Below are positions 13,253 to 26,581 of a stretch of DNA of 64,000 nucleotides, one piece after another (positions within the stretch are counted from its first letter, which is position 1; the number at the start of each line of letters is the position of its first letter). The stretch is taken from positions 558,001 to 622,000 of the forward strand of contig JAQGDQ010000035.1 in NCBI GenBank assembly GCA_030141605.1, given 5' to 3'. The stretch comes from Tubiluchus corallicola. Taxonomy: Eukaryota > Animalia > Priapulida. The notes below the pieces were generated by a model. The model made no database searches and was not told where the DNA came from. It was given only the letters and a program-made list of their open reading frames with translations. The position numbers and the translations under genes are program-made.

Positions 13253-14965
13253 CTGACAACACAATATCAATTATTAGATGATAGTTAGGAAAGATTAAAT
13301 GCATACCTTGAAATATTTCAGATTTTCATCAGCTTTGTTTTCTTTTTAGTTATTTCAGTTCATGTAAAATGTTTCATTTATAGCTGAGAAGTTATGAGCT
13401 TGAAAATCAAAAGTGAACAATCTATAGTCCCAAATGGGAAAACTTGTACGATGCTGTTATAGGATACTTGAGCTCACGCGAAATTTTCAAGAAAGCTTTG
13501 CCCACTAACACCAACTAGGTTTATTAACCCTTCAAATCTGGGGACTTGAATGAGCCAACTAAGTAGCTGTGCCTATTATAACTATGTACAGTCAAACTTT
13601 GTTCATGCCCCTCATTATAATGCCAATTTTGCTTAACACCCATATTTTTGGCTAAACAAAATGTCTATGTTTGCACAGACATGTATGTATTATTTCACCT
13701 TGTTATAAATGCCAAACTCGTTTAGTGGAGACTTGTAAGAGTATAAAGAGAATAAAAGGGTCTTACTTTATAAGCTAGTACGAAAATGTGAAAAAGTATT
13801 TGTCAGAGGTATTCAGTTTTTAGTAGGTAAGTAGTTTGTGATTGGTACAATAGGTGCAAAGTCTGCATATAAGTTTTATTATTACTGGGATAAGAGTAAA
13901 ATTTTCTAAATACTGTAAGTTGTTAACATAATGATAAAGAACTGTAACAAGTTCATACATTAACTGTGGGAGGTTGCACAGACCCAAAGAAACAGATTTC
14001 ATTATGTATGGCGTAAGGTAATTGGTGATCTTGACTAAGTTCGTTCAAAAAAGGAAAAATAGGCGAATTCGTATGTAAACATAAAATTAAAACAGCACCA
14101 GCAGTTTGTTATTTCTCACTCATTTTGTACTTTATGAATAGAAGACCATTAAAAATATTATTAAAAAGTAATAAAAACAAATCATTACAATTGATAATTT
14201 TGTACACAATTTAATGCTATTTTTAAATACTATTAGGATTTCTGGTTTATTGTATAAATGTTGTGAATACATTGCAATTTATGTATATACATGAGCGAAA
14301 ACAATAGCTTAATTGCTGTTGAATTAACTTTCGAGTAATTTTAAACAGATATTAACCAACATTATGATCATTAAGTAATCTGTTAAAAAATCAGTTAAAT
14401 CTGACAATCAATTATAATTCATAAAATTACATAATTGATCAACAATTAATTACATATAAAACTCATAAGGTTTTAACTTAATTAAATTTAGAACATGATC
14501 AATAAACTACAGATAAATAAAAACACTTCTAACACTACCTTCATATCTAAGGATAAAATAAGTTAGAAGAATAAAAACAATTATGCTCTATGATGCTCTA
14601 TAAAAACAACAAGTCACTTCTGTTCATAATTTTGATCCCTGAGGATACTGCATGTGGTCATCTATACAGGTCTAATTCTACCATTTGCTGGTCAGCAAAG
14701 AGGAGATTTGCTAAACACTACTGAATTAAGAGCTTAAGGAAAGTTACCCTTATTTTCTATTCTTATAAATTCAGTGTCATAGTTTATCAATGAGACTTGA
14801 TACGTCTGTTTAACTGTGTTTATAGTTGGGGTTTAGACATGGCACCCTTCCTTCATTTAAAATGCTTAGATACTCAAAAATAGTTATTGATAAGACTGAC
14901 CTTATCAGTGATTACTGTACAGGCTATAGTAGCACCCTCAGAATCCGCTTCTTCACGCATGCATG

Positions 14966-14989
14966 CACACACGCACGCATGCATGCACG

Positions 14990-15037
<48 letters not shown>

Positions 15038-15038
15038 C
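14966..15038. repeat. (CA)n / (CACG)n microsatellite
   Basis: Run of ACACAC with GCAC units, read directly. Confidence 0.95.
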
Positions 15039-15370
15039 ATATTATGCATGTTCACAAAAATATCCCATAAAACTAAAACAGAAACATCTCAAGTTTAGCT
15101 AGCTTGCTAGAGACAGTTGTAATAGTTTTCAATAGTATAAAAATGAACAAGAACTGATTGCTCAAAATATCATCAGTATTAAAATGAGTACCAGTTAACA
15201 TGAACGCCATCTATATTTAACATGGGAGTTTTTCTGTGATGAACTTGATTTCTTTAATTTGACAAATGGCCAAATAGGTAAAACAACTTTCACCGGGCAA
15301 ACATGCATATGGACATGAATGTTACTATACTTGTGCAAATCCTTGTATTACTTTCACCAGATCTTACATC

Positions 15371-18300
15371 GAGTTGGTAATTACTTCAAGCTGAATATTG
15401 GAAATGTACTTAAATTGTACCTTCTCAGTTTAGGAAATGCAATAATTATGGCACAAACAGCACAGTAGTTTGATCTTCGTATCTTAATTGTACTCTTGTC
15501 AGCTGAGCAGCTTATAAACAACTTTGAGCATTATTAAATAATAACAATAACAATAATACTAAGTAGTAAATCTATCCATCCAACCAAGAAAACTTTCTAT
15601 ACAATGGATTCACTTGTAAGCACCACTAACTACATCTTCGTAAGAGGGTGGAGGCGCTTCCGGTAAGTCTGTTTGTTGTAGGGGTGGTGCTGAAGGTTGA
15701 GTAGCTGCTGCTGTTGCCTCATTACTAGATGGTTGTGGTGCTGGCATCGGAATTGGCACACAATGATTATAATCAGGTGGAGGTGGATGAACAGTGTGAC
15801 TACCAGCCTGTGAGTCAGTCATTCGATTGGCTGTATCAAATAATACAGTGCATTAATTATATGTTGAAAGGTGCAGACAGCTAATAGAAGTTTAATAACC
15901 AAGTAAATAAAATAAACTGACGAAATTAACAAGCAAATAAAAATGACCAAATAAGTTAAGTAAACAAAAATGGATAAATGATTTAACTGAATGAAAGCAT
16001 GATGGAACAAAAATTTGGATGCTGCTTTAACAAATAAGACAAGTTTGCTCCATTAATTTTCTCTTATAAAATCTTACATAGCTAAATTTTCATATTTTTT
16101 ATTCCAGTGATGACTATCTTACTATAAGCTGGTTTGTGACCACTTTCATTATTGACAGCTCCAACTTCATAAGCTTCCGTACAAACCATGTTCAAAAATC
16201 GCACCAAAATCTAGCCTAACCAACCCTTTTTTATAGATAGATAGCAAAATGCTAAAAATATACTAAGATCATGAAAAGTGCAATATTACAACATTATAGT
16301 ACAACCTATTAGTATAAAAACTACAAACTGTGATTAGAAAATAAAAACAAAACAAAAAAATAAAAAATAAGAGAAGCTACTTATTCGCTAAAATCACATT
16401 ACTACCATTTAAGTCTTAATGCAGGGTACAGATAAATAAATTTGCAATTTGTTTTACACGTGTCTTTTTAGCACAGTTTCCTCTTCCTTACTTGCATCAA
16501 GTGAAAATTTGAACAAACATGTAATACATGAGTGCCTTTCTGAATTTTCAAGTGCAAACTTCAAAACAAGTGCGTCATAGCTGGTATACTAACAAAGAAT
16601 TTTGCTCACTCTTATTTCAACATTTTTTATTTCATTGCACGGCCAATTGTTTTGAGATCAATGAGTGCCAAGCCAGTACTGACAACTCTAAATGGGTCTT
16701 ATATATGTGCAGCACATTTTAACAGAATCCATCAACCCAGTTCCACATCTCTTCATAATTCTTATCAATAACAATTTCTGGGTAGCTTTGCCAATTATAT
16801 AGTTTACATGTGCATCTCATTTTTTAAATGATTTAGAATATAAACACCAAGCATACATTTTCTTCATTAACAACTGCTAAAGTGGTACACCATCAATTTT
16901 TATTAAAGGATCCCTTTTAACAAATGCTGCAGTAGAATGTTAAAAGCTTAACAGAATGTTGACATTATCAATTCAACACCAAAAAGACAAAAAGTTATCC
17001 TTGGGTTTTACATCCAAACCAGCTTGCAATCATAAATCACTGAGAAACTCTACAGCCACTGCCCGCTGGAACCCTAATTTCTTATTTCTCACTCATTTTA
17101 CACTTTGCGTGTTGGCAATTCTACTGACAGAATAGCATTAGAAATACGATTAAAAAAGTAATAAAAACTCTCACAATTAATATTTCTGTACACGATTTAA
17201 TGCAATTTTGAAATTTTATTACAAGTTATGGCTTATTGCACAGATTTTGTGCCTATAGTGTTACACATCAAATGAAATGAAGTTCAGCATGAAATCATAC
17301 ATTTAAACAGAAAATAATCGTGCCATTGCTTGACTTTTATGGCATTCGCGAGCAAGAATAATAGCTTGCCACTAAATTAGTTTTTGTGTAATTTTAACTA
17401 ACCACCCATAAATCAAACATTGCGATTAATAAGTAATCCTTTAAAAAATTCTGTTATAGTATATAATGATTTTTTCTTCATTATGTCTAATAATCAATTA
17501 TAATTCACAAAATTATGCACATGATTAATAATTATTTAATTATATATATAAAACTCATAAAATTTAATTCAACTAAATTTAGTACACAGGATTGATAAAC
17601 TATAAATAAAAAACATTTCTAACACTACATTCACATCCGACAATAAAATAAGTTATGAGAATAAAAACAATTATCCTCTATAAAAACAAGTCACCATTTT
17701 TTATAACTTTGATCCCTGGGGTTACTGTATAGGTTTTCTAAACAGATCTAATTCTATCACTTACTGATCAGCAAGGAGAAGGTTGTGTATATATATACAC
17801 TATACATGTTCACAAAAATATTCCACGAAAGCTAAAATGGAAACAGCTCGAGTTTATAGAGACATCAACAGAAGCCTATATATACGTGATGTTGTCCATC
17901 TATTAAATGTTCAAATCCGCATTAAAATGCCATATTTCTATTCAAGTTCAAATTTAATTTTATTTTTAGTTGTGAAATATGTTTTTATGTTTTAATATTA
18001 TAAATAGCGACTTTTGACTTCCATCAAGTCAGTTAGCAGTTTAGGGAATTTTATATCTACTAATTCCAGTCCAACTTATCACCATTTTATAATGCCTTTA
18101 AAAATTTGAGCTGTTCACAGTGCTTTTTGAACAAAATACTACTAAACATTAAACTTGTAATGACGGACATGAGAGAATTGATTTCTGGGAAGATTCTAAT
18201 ACAATTACGATTCAAATTCGATTTTTAATATGAGGACAGATTTAGTATATGTAATAACTAGCTTGCTAAAGACAATTGCAAGAGCATGTACAATGGCATT

Positions 18301-18594
18301 TTCATTAATAGAAAAATGAATATATTGTCAGTATTGTCAGTATTAAAACGAGTACCAATAAAAAGTTAAACAACATTTTCACTTAGCATGGCAGTTTTTG
18401 TGGTGCCCGCGATGTCAGAAAACTGTGAAAATGATTTAAAATTCGTTTAGTTGATGGTGATTTAAAGATCAGATTTCCTTGATTTGACAAATGGCCAAAT
18501 AAGGGCAACAACTTTCACCATGCAAGCATGCATAGACATGAGTGTTACATTACTCCTGGAAATCCTTGGACTATTAGCATGAAATTTTGCTTCA
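15371..18594 (+). repeat. Near-identical, circularly permuted copy of 7237-10459
   Basis: 15371-16920 matches 8910-10459 and 16921-18594 matches 7237-8909; I counted only about 7 differences by eye; the new junction sits in an AA microhomology. Confidence 0.92.
15610..15830 (-). CDS. Third copy of the terminal exon (same protein as cassette B), possible alternative last exon
   Basis: Same acceptor, phase and translation as 9149-9369; lies within the permuted insertion. Confidence 0.6.
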
Positions 18595-18833
18595 GAGTTG
18601 GTAATTACTTCAAGCTGAATATTGGAAACGTACTTAAATTGTACCTTCTCAGTTTAGGAAATGCAATAATTATGGTACAAACAGCACAGTAGTTTGATCT
18701 TCGTATCTTAATTGTACTCTTGTCAGCTGGGCAGCTTATAAACAACTTTAAGCATTATTAAATAATAACAATAACAATAATACTAAGTAGTAAATCTATC
18801 CACCCAACCAAGAAAACTTTATATACAATGAAT

Positions 18834-19054
18834 TCACTTGTAAGCACCACTAACTACATCTTCGTAAGAGGGTGGAGGCTCTTCTGGTAAATCTGTTTGT
18901 TGCAGCGATGGTGCTGAAGGCTGAGCAGCTGTTGCTGATACTTCATTACTAGATGGTTGTGGTGCTGACATCGGAATTGGCACACAATGATTATAGTCAG
19001 GTGGAGGTGGATGAACAGTGTGACTACCAGCCTGTGAGTCAGTCATTCGACTGG
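18834..19054 (-). CDS. LDLa membrane protein, cassette A terminal exon (coding exon 8)
   Basis: TTGATACAG| at 19055; SRMTDSQAG...PPPPDY...QPSAPS...PPPSYEDVVSGAYK, stop. Confidence 0.88.
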
Positions 19055-20614
19055 CTGTATCAAATAATACAGTGCATTAATTACATGTTGAAAGTCACAG
19101 ACTAAGCATACAGCCAATAAAATTTTAATAACCAAATAAATAAAACAAACTGAACAGATTAAAAGGCAAGAAAAAATAATCAAATAAATCAAGTAAAAAA
19201 TGTATGATTTACCAAATGAATAAATGAATGGATCCAAGAATCGGATTTCGAAATCGTGCTATAACACAATGATTAAAAAATAAAAAAAGAAGGTATTGTT
19301 TACTAAAATCATATTATTACCATTTAACTCTTTTGGTATAGGGTACAAGTAAATAAAATTCACAAATTGTTTTACATGTGTCTTCTAGCACAATTTTTCC
19401 CTTCCTTCATTGCATCACCCATAAATTTAAATGAACAAGTAATAAATGACAGTCTGTTTCTAAATTTTTCATCCTAAGTGTAAACTTTAAAAGAAGATCA
19501 GTATATCCTTCAATATTTTTAATTCAAAATCACAGATTTCAGTTCTTAAACATAAGTGTAAATCTGAGGGTCTAGAATAATTTTGCAAACCTTTATTTGA
19601 ACATTTTCTATTTCGTTGGCCAGTTGTGTGAGATAGACTGCGAAACTGGAACACATGTAATTTTAAATGGGGTCTTAAGTACATGCAGTGCATTTTTACA
19701 GCATCTATTAAACCATTTCCACGTCTTTTCATAATTCCTATTAAGAACAATTTTGGGTAGTTCTAGGAATTATATAGTTCACACATGCACCCCATTTTAA
19801 ATTAAAATCTATGTACACACCAAGCACTTTTTCCTTGTTAACTGATAAAGTGTTATTGCAATTTTTTATTGAATGAAGATCTGTTCAGTGCATTCTAAAA
19901 TCAACATTAGGGATCTTACATTTATTTGGATTAAATTTTATATTATCCAAAAACGGCTGCTATACTAACATATTTAATATGGCTTTGTGAATTGCTATAA
20001 CCAAAAGTTCTTTCTACCACAGTTAAGTGATCAACAGTAAAATGATACTCTGCATCTGCTGCTAAATTGTTTGCCAAAATCGGTATCCAGACAGGACCAA
20101 CACGACCTTTAGAAGCAACAACATGCAGAACTCTAGTAGCAAATTATACTGAATTGATTTTGACTTTAGACACATGCATAATTAGGAAGAACAAATCCAT
20201 GGTATCAAGCAAGGTCTAGCTACACATTGTAGCTAAAAGGTTGATTGTGTTCTACGCTATCAAATTAAAAAATCTACTAACAAATATGCTCTTTTCAGAA
20301 ACTCTTTTTTGTGTTCATGGGTTCTTGATAATCTGGACTTTTTAGTAATTGTACTATATAAACTTAATAAAAAAACGACAGATTAATTTTAGTAATTTAT
20401 GTAGTTTTCATTGACTTCTCTTCAAATGAAGATGTTTTTAATTTAGATATTGTGTAATTTTTCATTAATTGTACAAAATTTATTTTCAAAGAAAATTGTT
20501 CAAACTAATGAACGAATGACCTATAAATGAGTGAACAGATAAAGATAAAAGTTATTTAGGGTTGTAATGTCTCTTATCTCTTAGTCTTTTATTTCACCAC
20601 AAGGAGGGCTAATA

Positions 20615-21345
20615 TAAATGGCTTAGTGAGGAGTTTGGTCACATTGCGCGGTAGCCAAATTGGCCACCCCCATCCTTAAGCATAATACACATTTGACAGC
20701 TACAAACACATATTTATAATAATAAAAATTTAAACCTGTGGAGCCACAGACAATAATAATAAAAAAAGAAATTTAGTAAATCAATTTAAAACTAAGAAAT
20801 GAATATTAAAATCTAGAAGGATGAAAAATTGAAAGTAAGGAAAATATAAAAACATTGAACAACTAGGTGTTTAACTAGGTGTGAATTTTCGAATTGCAAA
20901 GTTCTTTTTACGATATATTCAATATCAAGTGATTCGATAGATTCTTATTCAAAAGAAAGAATTGTTAAGTTAGTGAGCCTATGATTGCTCATAGTTCAGC
21001 GAAGATTATTCTTTTTTAATTTGAACTTAGAAAAACTCTGCTCACAGCTAGCTATGCAGACAGCTTTTGTCAAAAATACTCTCAGTAATATCGTCAAGTT
21101 TGGCACCAAAGTTTGAAAACCATACTTAGCGCAAAGCATCATCAACCTTAGGAGTGCTAGAGACCCTTCTTTTCAATTTTTCTCTTTGGGGAATTCAAGA
21201 AAATTCTTCAGTCTCTTCCTCTTGATCTTAACTTAAGCCATATTGGGAAAAGAATCATCATCAAAAAATGCATTAAAATCACAAGGTAATAAAATTCTAG
21301 TATTGGCCACCCTGTGTAGTCTGCACACCACATGCTGTGCAACTA
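20615..21345 (-). mobile_element. hAT-superfamily transposon deletion derivative
   Basis: Minus-strand PNLTILLRVFLTKAVCIASCEQSFSKFKLKKNNLR*TMSNHRLTNLTILSFE (about 20950-21110) matches the hAT C-terminal dimerisation motif; the segment is absent from the paralogous cassette B intron. Ends approximate. Confidence 0.8.
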
Positions 21346-21482
21346 TTATATATGCGGAATGTTGAGAGTCTCACAAAAAATTATATGAACTTTTCCCTTA
21401 TGTTTTTGATCTGTTCTTTATTTAATTTCCATGAAACAGGTGCCTATCTGTCTCCATTTAGCAATCAAGAAATTTTACTTAC

Positions 21483-21587
21483 CAGTAATGGTAGTAGAGC
21501 TGGTAGTAAATGTAACAGTTGTAAACTGCCTTGACGTCACTGGGGCTGATTCAGGCACTGCGGCTCTTTCTTCATATTGTGTTGTTG
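21483..21587 (-). CDS. LDLa membrane protein, cassette A Ser/Thr-rich exon (coding exon 7)
   Basis: TTTTTAG| ... |GTAAGT, 105 nt, phase 1-1; TTQYEERAAVPESAPVTSRQFTTVTFTTSSTTIT. Confidence 0.82.
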
Positions 21588-21861
21588 CTAAAAATATATA
21601 AAAGAAATTACATGTAACATAATAACATGCATTTTAAAAATAGCAAGTACAGAACATGCAAACAGCTGCCAACCGTGTTGTCTGTACTTGCTTCTTGTAT
21701 AGATGTTTGCATAATCCAAGAGCTTAAAAGAATAACAAAGCATTGTTGTAATTCTTAAAAAACCTGTATGTAACACTGTCACAAAATTATATTCACATAT
21801 AGATCATGTTTTTATTAACTCTCTAAAAAACTAAAATACACAAACTAGGATAGTTGGGTCA

Positions 21862-21952
21862 TTTGACTGTGTGCCTTGTCTTTGGAAATTTGGTTGTTTG
21901 ACTGTGACTTGTTCTTGGAAATTTGGCTGTTTGACTGTGACTTATTCTTGGA
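21862..21952. repeat. Minisatellite, about 33 bp x3
   Basis: Unit approx. TTTGACTGTGACTTGTTCTTGGAAATTTGGCTG. Confidence 0.85.
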
Positions 21953-22057
21953 TAAATATTGCAATCATCAGTTTTTGCCAGTTCCCAGTAACTATGTACA
22001 ATTCTGTATAGTGTTGTTGTCAGCAATCTGTTATCATACAATTTCGAATATTATTCT

Positions 22058-22168
22058 TAAATTGAAAATAACAGCCAGCACACACTTAAGCAAAGACATG
22101 GTTTTTATTCAGACACAACAAATGTAACATTTCGACCAGTTAATGTCATGTTCACGCCAGAATCCACC
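22058..22168 (-). repeat. Dispersed repeat, Penelope-like terminal fragment; second copy at 60529-60640 (+)
   Basis: Both copies share CATGAC..TAACTGGTC(G/A)AAATG...TGTGTCTGAATAAAA...TTTGCTTAAGTG.GTGCT.GCTGTTATTTTCA.TTTAAG. The family assignment is inference. Confidence 0.55.
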
Positions 22169-22199
22169 TAAATAAAAATACAGTATAATTTTTTTAATA

Positions 22200-25100
22200 A
22201 AAATTTAACATCGTGGGACGCAAACTAGACAAGTACTAAATCTTAAACTGACATATCGTGTAATACAAAGCCAAATGACAGAAAAAGTAAAGTTATGTTA
22301 CTCTTACACGATTTATTCTCTGACCCATGCCTGTGGCAATAAGAGAATCTCTTGCACAAAACATGAACAACATTGTAAACGAACAGCTACAAGGACCAGT
22401 TCAAAATTCCAGGGGCAGAGAAGATGGTTATTAAGCCGCGGCTGAGGTTTTTACACCAGTTGCAGTTCTAGATGAAATTGCAGAATCTGAATTATTGTAG
22501 TCTGATCAGGAAATAAAAGTCTATTATTCGTGCAAATGTAACTAGAAAATAACCAAAACAACCAAAGCGGTTTCCCCATGCAAGTCTAACTTGGACATAA
22601 CTGAATGAGTTGTTGTGGGCATAAATTAAACTATATTAGACTGAAGATTCTGGTTTATCTTTTATTGTCTGATTAAACTTTCGGCTTTTAATTTCACAAA
22701 ATTTTAACGCAAAAAAATATGAACAAAAACATTGTGCACTTCAATCTCCTGCTCTCATCTCTCTAACAACAAAAACGTAGAATTTGAAATATTGAATTTG
22801 AAATGCTTGGCGACACACTCCCCACCTTGGAGCGGTCTCCACTACAGAACCTTATAAATGTAACTGGTGTACGTAAACTAAACAAGCTACCAAACAGCAA
22901 ATAGGCTGACAAATAGTAAACAGTAACTAAGCTAACAAATAAACTATTACAAGTTTAATTTTGTAGGCTTTTTGACAATCCTACCAAATCTGTTTTTGCC
23001 CAACATCTGAACGAGTTGGAGGTTGCTTAACTTTCCTGCAATTAACATACATATCCTGCTTAGCAGGCATACTTAATACATCATCACCATCAGTTCCTTT
23101 AGCATTAACTAAATCAGTTAAAGGCTGTTCACCTTCATTAAAGTCACTAATTTCTAAATTACGAAGGCGTTGAACAGGACGATCTATCATGGTACCATTA
23201 GGCAAATGAGGGGTAACAGATCAAACTAGGCCATCAATGCCACGATGCATTTTATGAACAGCACCTAGTTTCCAATGCAAACGAGGTACATGATCTTCAA
23301 TAAGAACAACTGAACCCGCTTGAACAAGTTTCCACTCTTTAAATGTACTAACAGAACTGGGCAAATTTCTCAAATAGGATTTCTGCCAAATTACCTAAAA
23401 TTGATCAACTAGTAAACTACGATTTTGCACATTCAAATTCAAAGTGTGGCGACTCACGTAGCTATCCGAATCATTAAACACTGACAATTTCTCGATCAAA
23501 TTTCTACTAATGAGAAAATGGTTAGGTGTTAAGGGTTTGATGTTCTCAATCAAATCCCCTGTAAATGTTATGGGACGGGAATTTAAGCATGCCTCAATCT
23601 GATTTAAACTAGACAACTTCTGCCTTTGGATTTCTTAAGAGAGGATTTAACCGATCTTACTAAGCGTTCCCAAAAACATCCCCACCAGGGAGCTCTTGGG
23701 GTGATATATTTCCAAGAGGGAGAGTGGGAACCAAAGGCTAACAAAAACTGACCTACTGATAAAGAATTTGTAAGTTCTAGGTGCAAAGCACGAACAACAG
23801 CACATGTGAATATACAAATATACAACTTTTTAGATGGTAAATCAGAGCAATAAAGCGGTCCAGCAAAATCAGTGCCAGCTACTGCAAAAGGGGAGGGGGG
23901 CTTGTGTCACTCTAAGCTCAGGAAGGGGAGCTGCCACTTGATTACTTGGTTTTGAGTAAAAGCGCTTACAACTAATACACTGATGTTTGACTTGCCTTGC
24001 AATTTTCTGTAAACTTAAAGTCCAAAACTTATCTCTAACACTACAGACTAGCATATCCACACCTACATGTTTCAGACGAAGGTGATAATCCTGAACCAGC
24101 AACCACGCTAGCCTATCGGAAGGTAAAATTACCGGATGCTTTTCATCAAAAAATAATTCTGACATATGCAACCGACCACTCAAGCACAATAAACTGTCTT
24201 GGTCTAAGAAAGGTTTTAGTCTGAGTATGGAGGAAGACCTAGCAACATCCTTAGAAGTTTGCAGAGCTGTATATTCTAAGGGAAAAGCTTGCTTCTGACT
24301 CTCTCAGATTAAGAGTAAGTGTACCTAATGCAGTTCCTCACTAGATAATTCAGTAAAACTGTGATCACAGCATTGTAATTTAAGATTACTACAAAATCTA
24401 ATTACCCATCTGACAACCCGTACGGCACGTTTAAATGAACTGAAACGATTCACATCCAACAACTTTTCACAGAACTGTGTGGATGATATGTGACTTGACC
24501 CTTTCCTCTCAGTATCCACTAGTGACTTATCTCCTAAAAAGCTTCCACTTACTAAAACCTCTTCAGTATCTGAACGTAACCATGAGGACCTGATAACCAC
24601 AAAGGTGATACAATTAAGTCAATGGCATTAACACCACGAGAAACTAAATCAGCAGGATTCTGACTACCATTACAGTGAAACCAAGAATTTGGTTCTGCTA
24701 GCTCCTGAATTTTTGTGGTTCTATTTGAAACAAAGGTTTTTCAACGATTGGCCGGGCTTTTAATCCAAGACAACACAGTCATTGAATCTGTCCAGCAAAA
24801 GCAGGGAACCAAACTGGAAAGTCTCAAAGCTTTCTGAGCAAACTTAATTAATCTAGCAGCTAAAAGACTACCTAGAAGTTCCAGGCTGGGAAAACTCAGT
24901 TTTTTAAAGGGAGCAACTTTGGCTTTTGCCACAACAAAAGAGACTTCAGAAACTCTGTTAGCTACATATAAACAACTGCTCTATATGCCTTTTCACACGC
25001 ACATCCAAAGACATGAAGTTCTACCTCACGCATATCTGTCCATCCAAAACTTATGCGTTTACGTGGAATTTTCCAACTTCTTAGTACAGTGTAACCTTTG

Positions 25101-26478
25101 ACCCAGTTGAGAAATTGCAATTTTAATTTATCAGGAAGCTCTTCATCCCAATGAATATCGATTAACCAAACTTCTTGAAAAAGACATTTAGCTAACATAC
25201 AAAATGGAGCCAAAAGTCCCAAGGGGTCAAAAATTCTAGCCAAACAAATTAAAAAAACACGTTTGGTTACAACATGCGAAGGGACATCTGTACGACAGAA
25301 AGAAAATACATCAAACACAGAATCCTAGCTTATACCTAATATTTTGGAATTTGTTGAACATGGACTACCTACTGCATCACTTACGAAACTTCTAACTTAC
25401 AAGACCACTTACACAATTCCATACCAGCTTGGCCTTTAGCCTGATCAAACAAAAGACAAGCTTCTGATTCTGAATCTGCACCTGACAAAAAGTCATCAAC
25501 ATACAAATTATCAGACAATTCCTCAACTGCTAATGAAGGAGGATAACAACTAAGACGGTATTTGATTGTTGCATTCAGCAGAAATGGTAAACTCATGCTG
25601 CCGAACGGAACAGTAAAAAAATGCATAGTACGGTCTATACCGTCATAAATCCAGAAGAACCGATGAACATCTTGGTCCTTTGGATCGACTAGTATTTGCA
25701 AAAACGCTTTAGCTATATCAGCCGTGTAAGCAATATTCCTTTGTCTAAACCGTAATAATACTTCAACTAGGCAAGGGATAAGTGATGGACCACATTCTAG
25801 ACAAGAATTCAAGGAAATTCCATTACAACCCGGTGTGCTTGCATTAAAGGCAGGGCGGATTTTAGTAGAAACACTACTATCAAGAATGACGAATCTGTAG
25901 GGCATATAAAATATGTGATTTTCATTGGGATTTTGCAATTCAGAAACAGGTATCTCTTCTATAATATTCTTTTGTTCCAACTCCTTTAGAACGTTGTTGA
26001 ACTCTGACTTTAACTGGGGGTTTCTTTCAAGCTTATGGTTCAAACCATTTAATTTCCTCTTTGTTTCACTCTCATTGTTCATTAACAATGTGCAAAGATG
26101 TGCCTTCATTTCAGGGCAATGATACTTGATATCGTTCACCAGTAAACATAATATTCTGATTAAATTTAGTTACTACGGGGTCTGGGGGAGCATTCTCTAG
26201 GGGCAAAATACCAATAGATTCTAATTCCCAAAATGAATGGGGTGACATTTCTGTAGAACTTACTGGACTTATACATAACAACTGATAAGCATTTGTAGAT
26301 TCAATCACTCCATTAGTGCAGCCAGAAAGTACCCAACCAAAAGTAATACAAATAGCTGCTAAAGGACCCTATCAAAATATCAATATTCACATGTTCATCA
26401 AAAATATAACAATCTGCTAATGGTAAGTTCTTTAATATAGCCAATTCATGCAAATCAAGCTTTACTCTAGGAGAGGGG
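22200..26478 (-). mobile_element. Degenerate Bel/Pao LTR retrotransposon (pol + 3' LTR, 5'-truncated)
   Basis: Frameshifted RT (DIAKAFLQI, LYVDDFL), Pao RNase H region (ARIFDPLGLLAP, ELHVFG, AKAKVAP, WTDS), integrase (RALHLEL, APWWGCFWERLV, LNSRPIT); polypurine AAGGTGGGGAG before TG at about 22817. Distal LTR end uncertain. Confidence 0.92.
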
Positions 26479-26494
26479 AATACAAATCACATAC

Positions 26495-26581
26495 CTGTTT
26501 GTCTTTTGACTATCTTGTAGCATATTAGAAAAACAACAACTACTGTGACAATGAGAAAAGTGGGCCACCACTTAGATCCCT
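26495..26581 (-). CDS. LDLa membrane protein, cassette A transmembrane exon (coding exon 6)
   Basis: TTCTTTTAG| ... |GTATGT, 87 nt, phase 1-1; GSKWWPTFLIVTVVVVFLICYKIVKRQT. Confidence 0.85.

Noticed and set aside
9358-17995. Duplicated short ORFs (MFHHAF.., MSAFLNF.., MCIYIH..)
   Set aside because: Intron or UTR sequence repeated by the recent duplication; no coding features.
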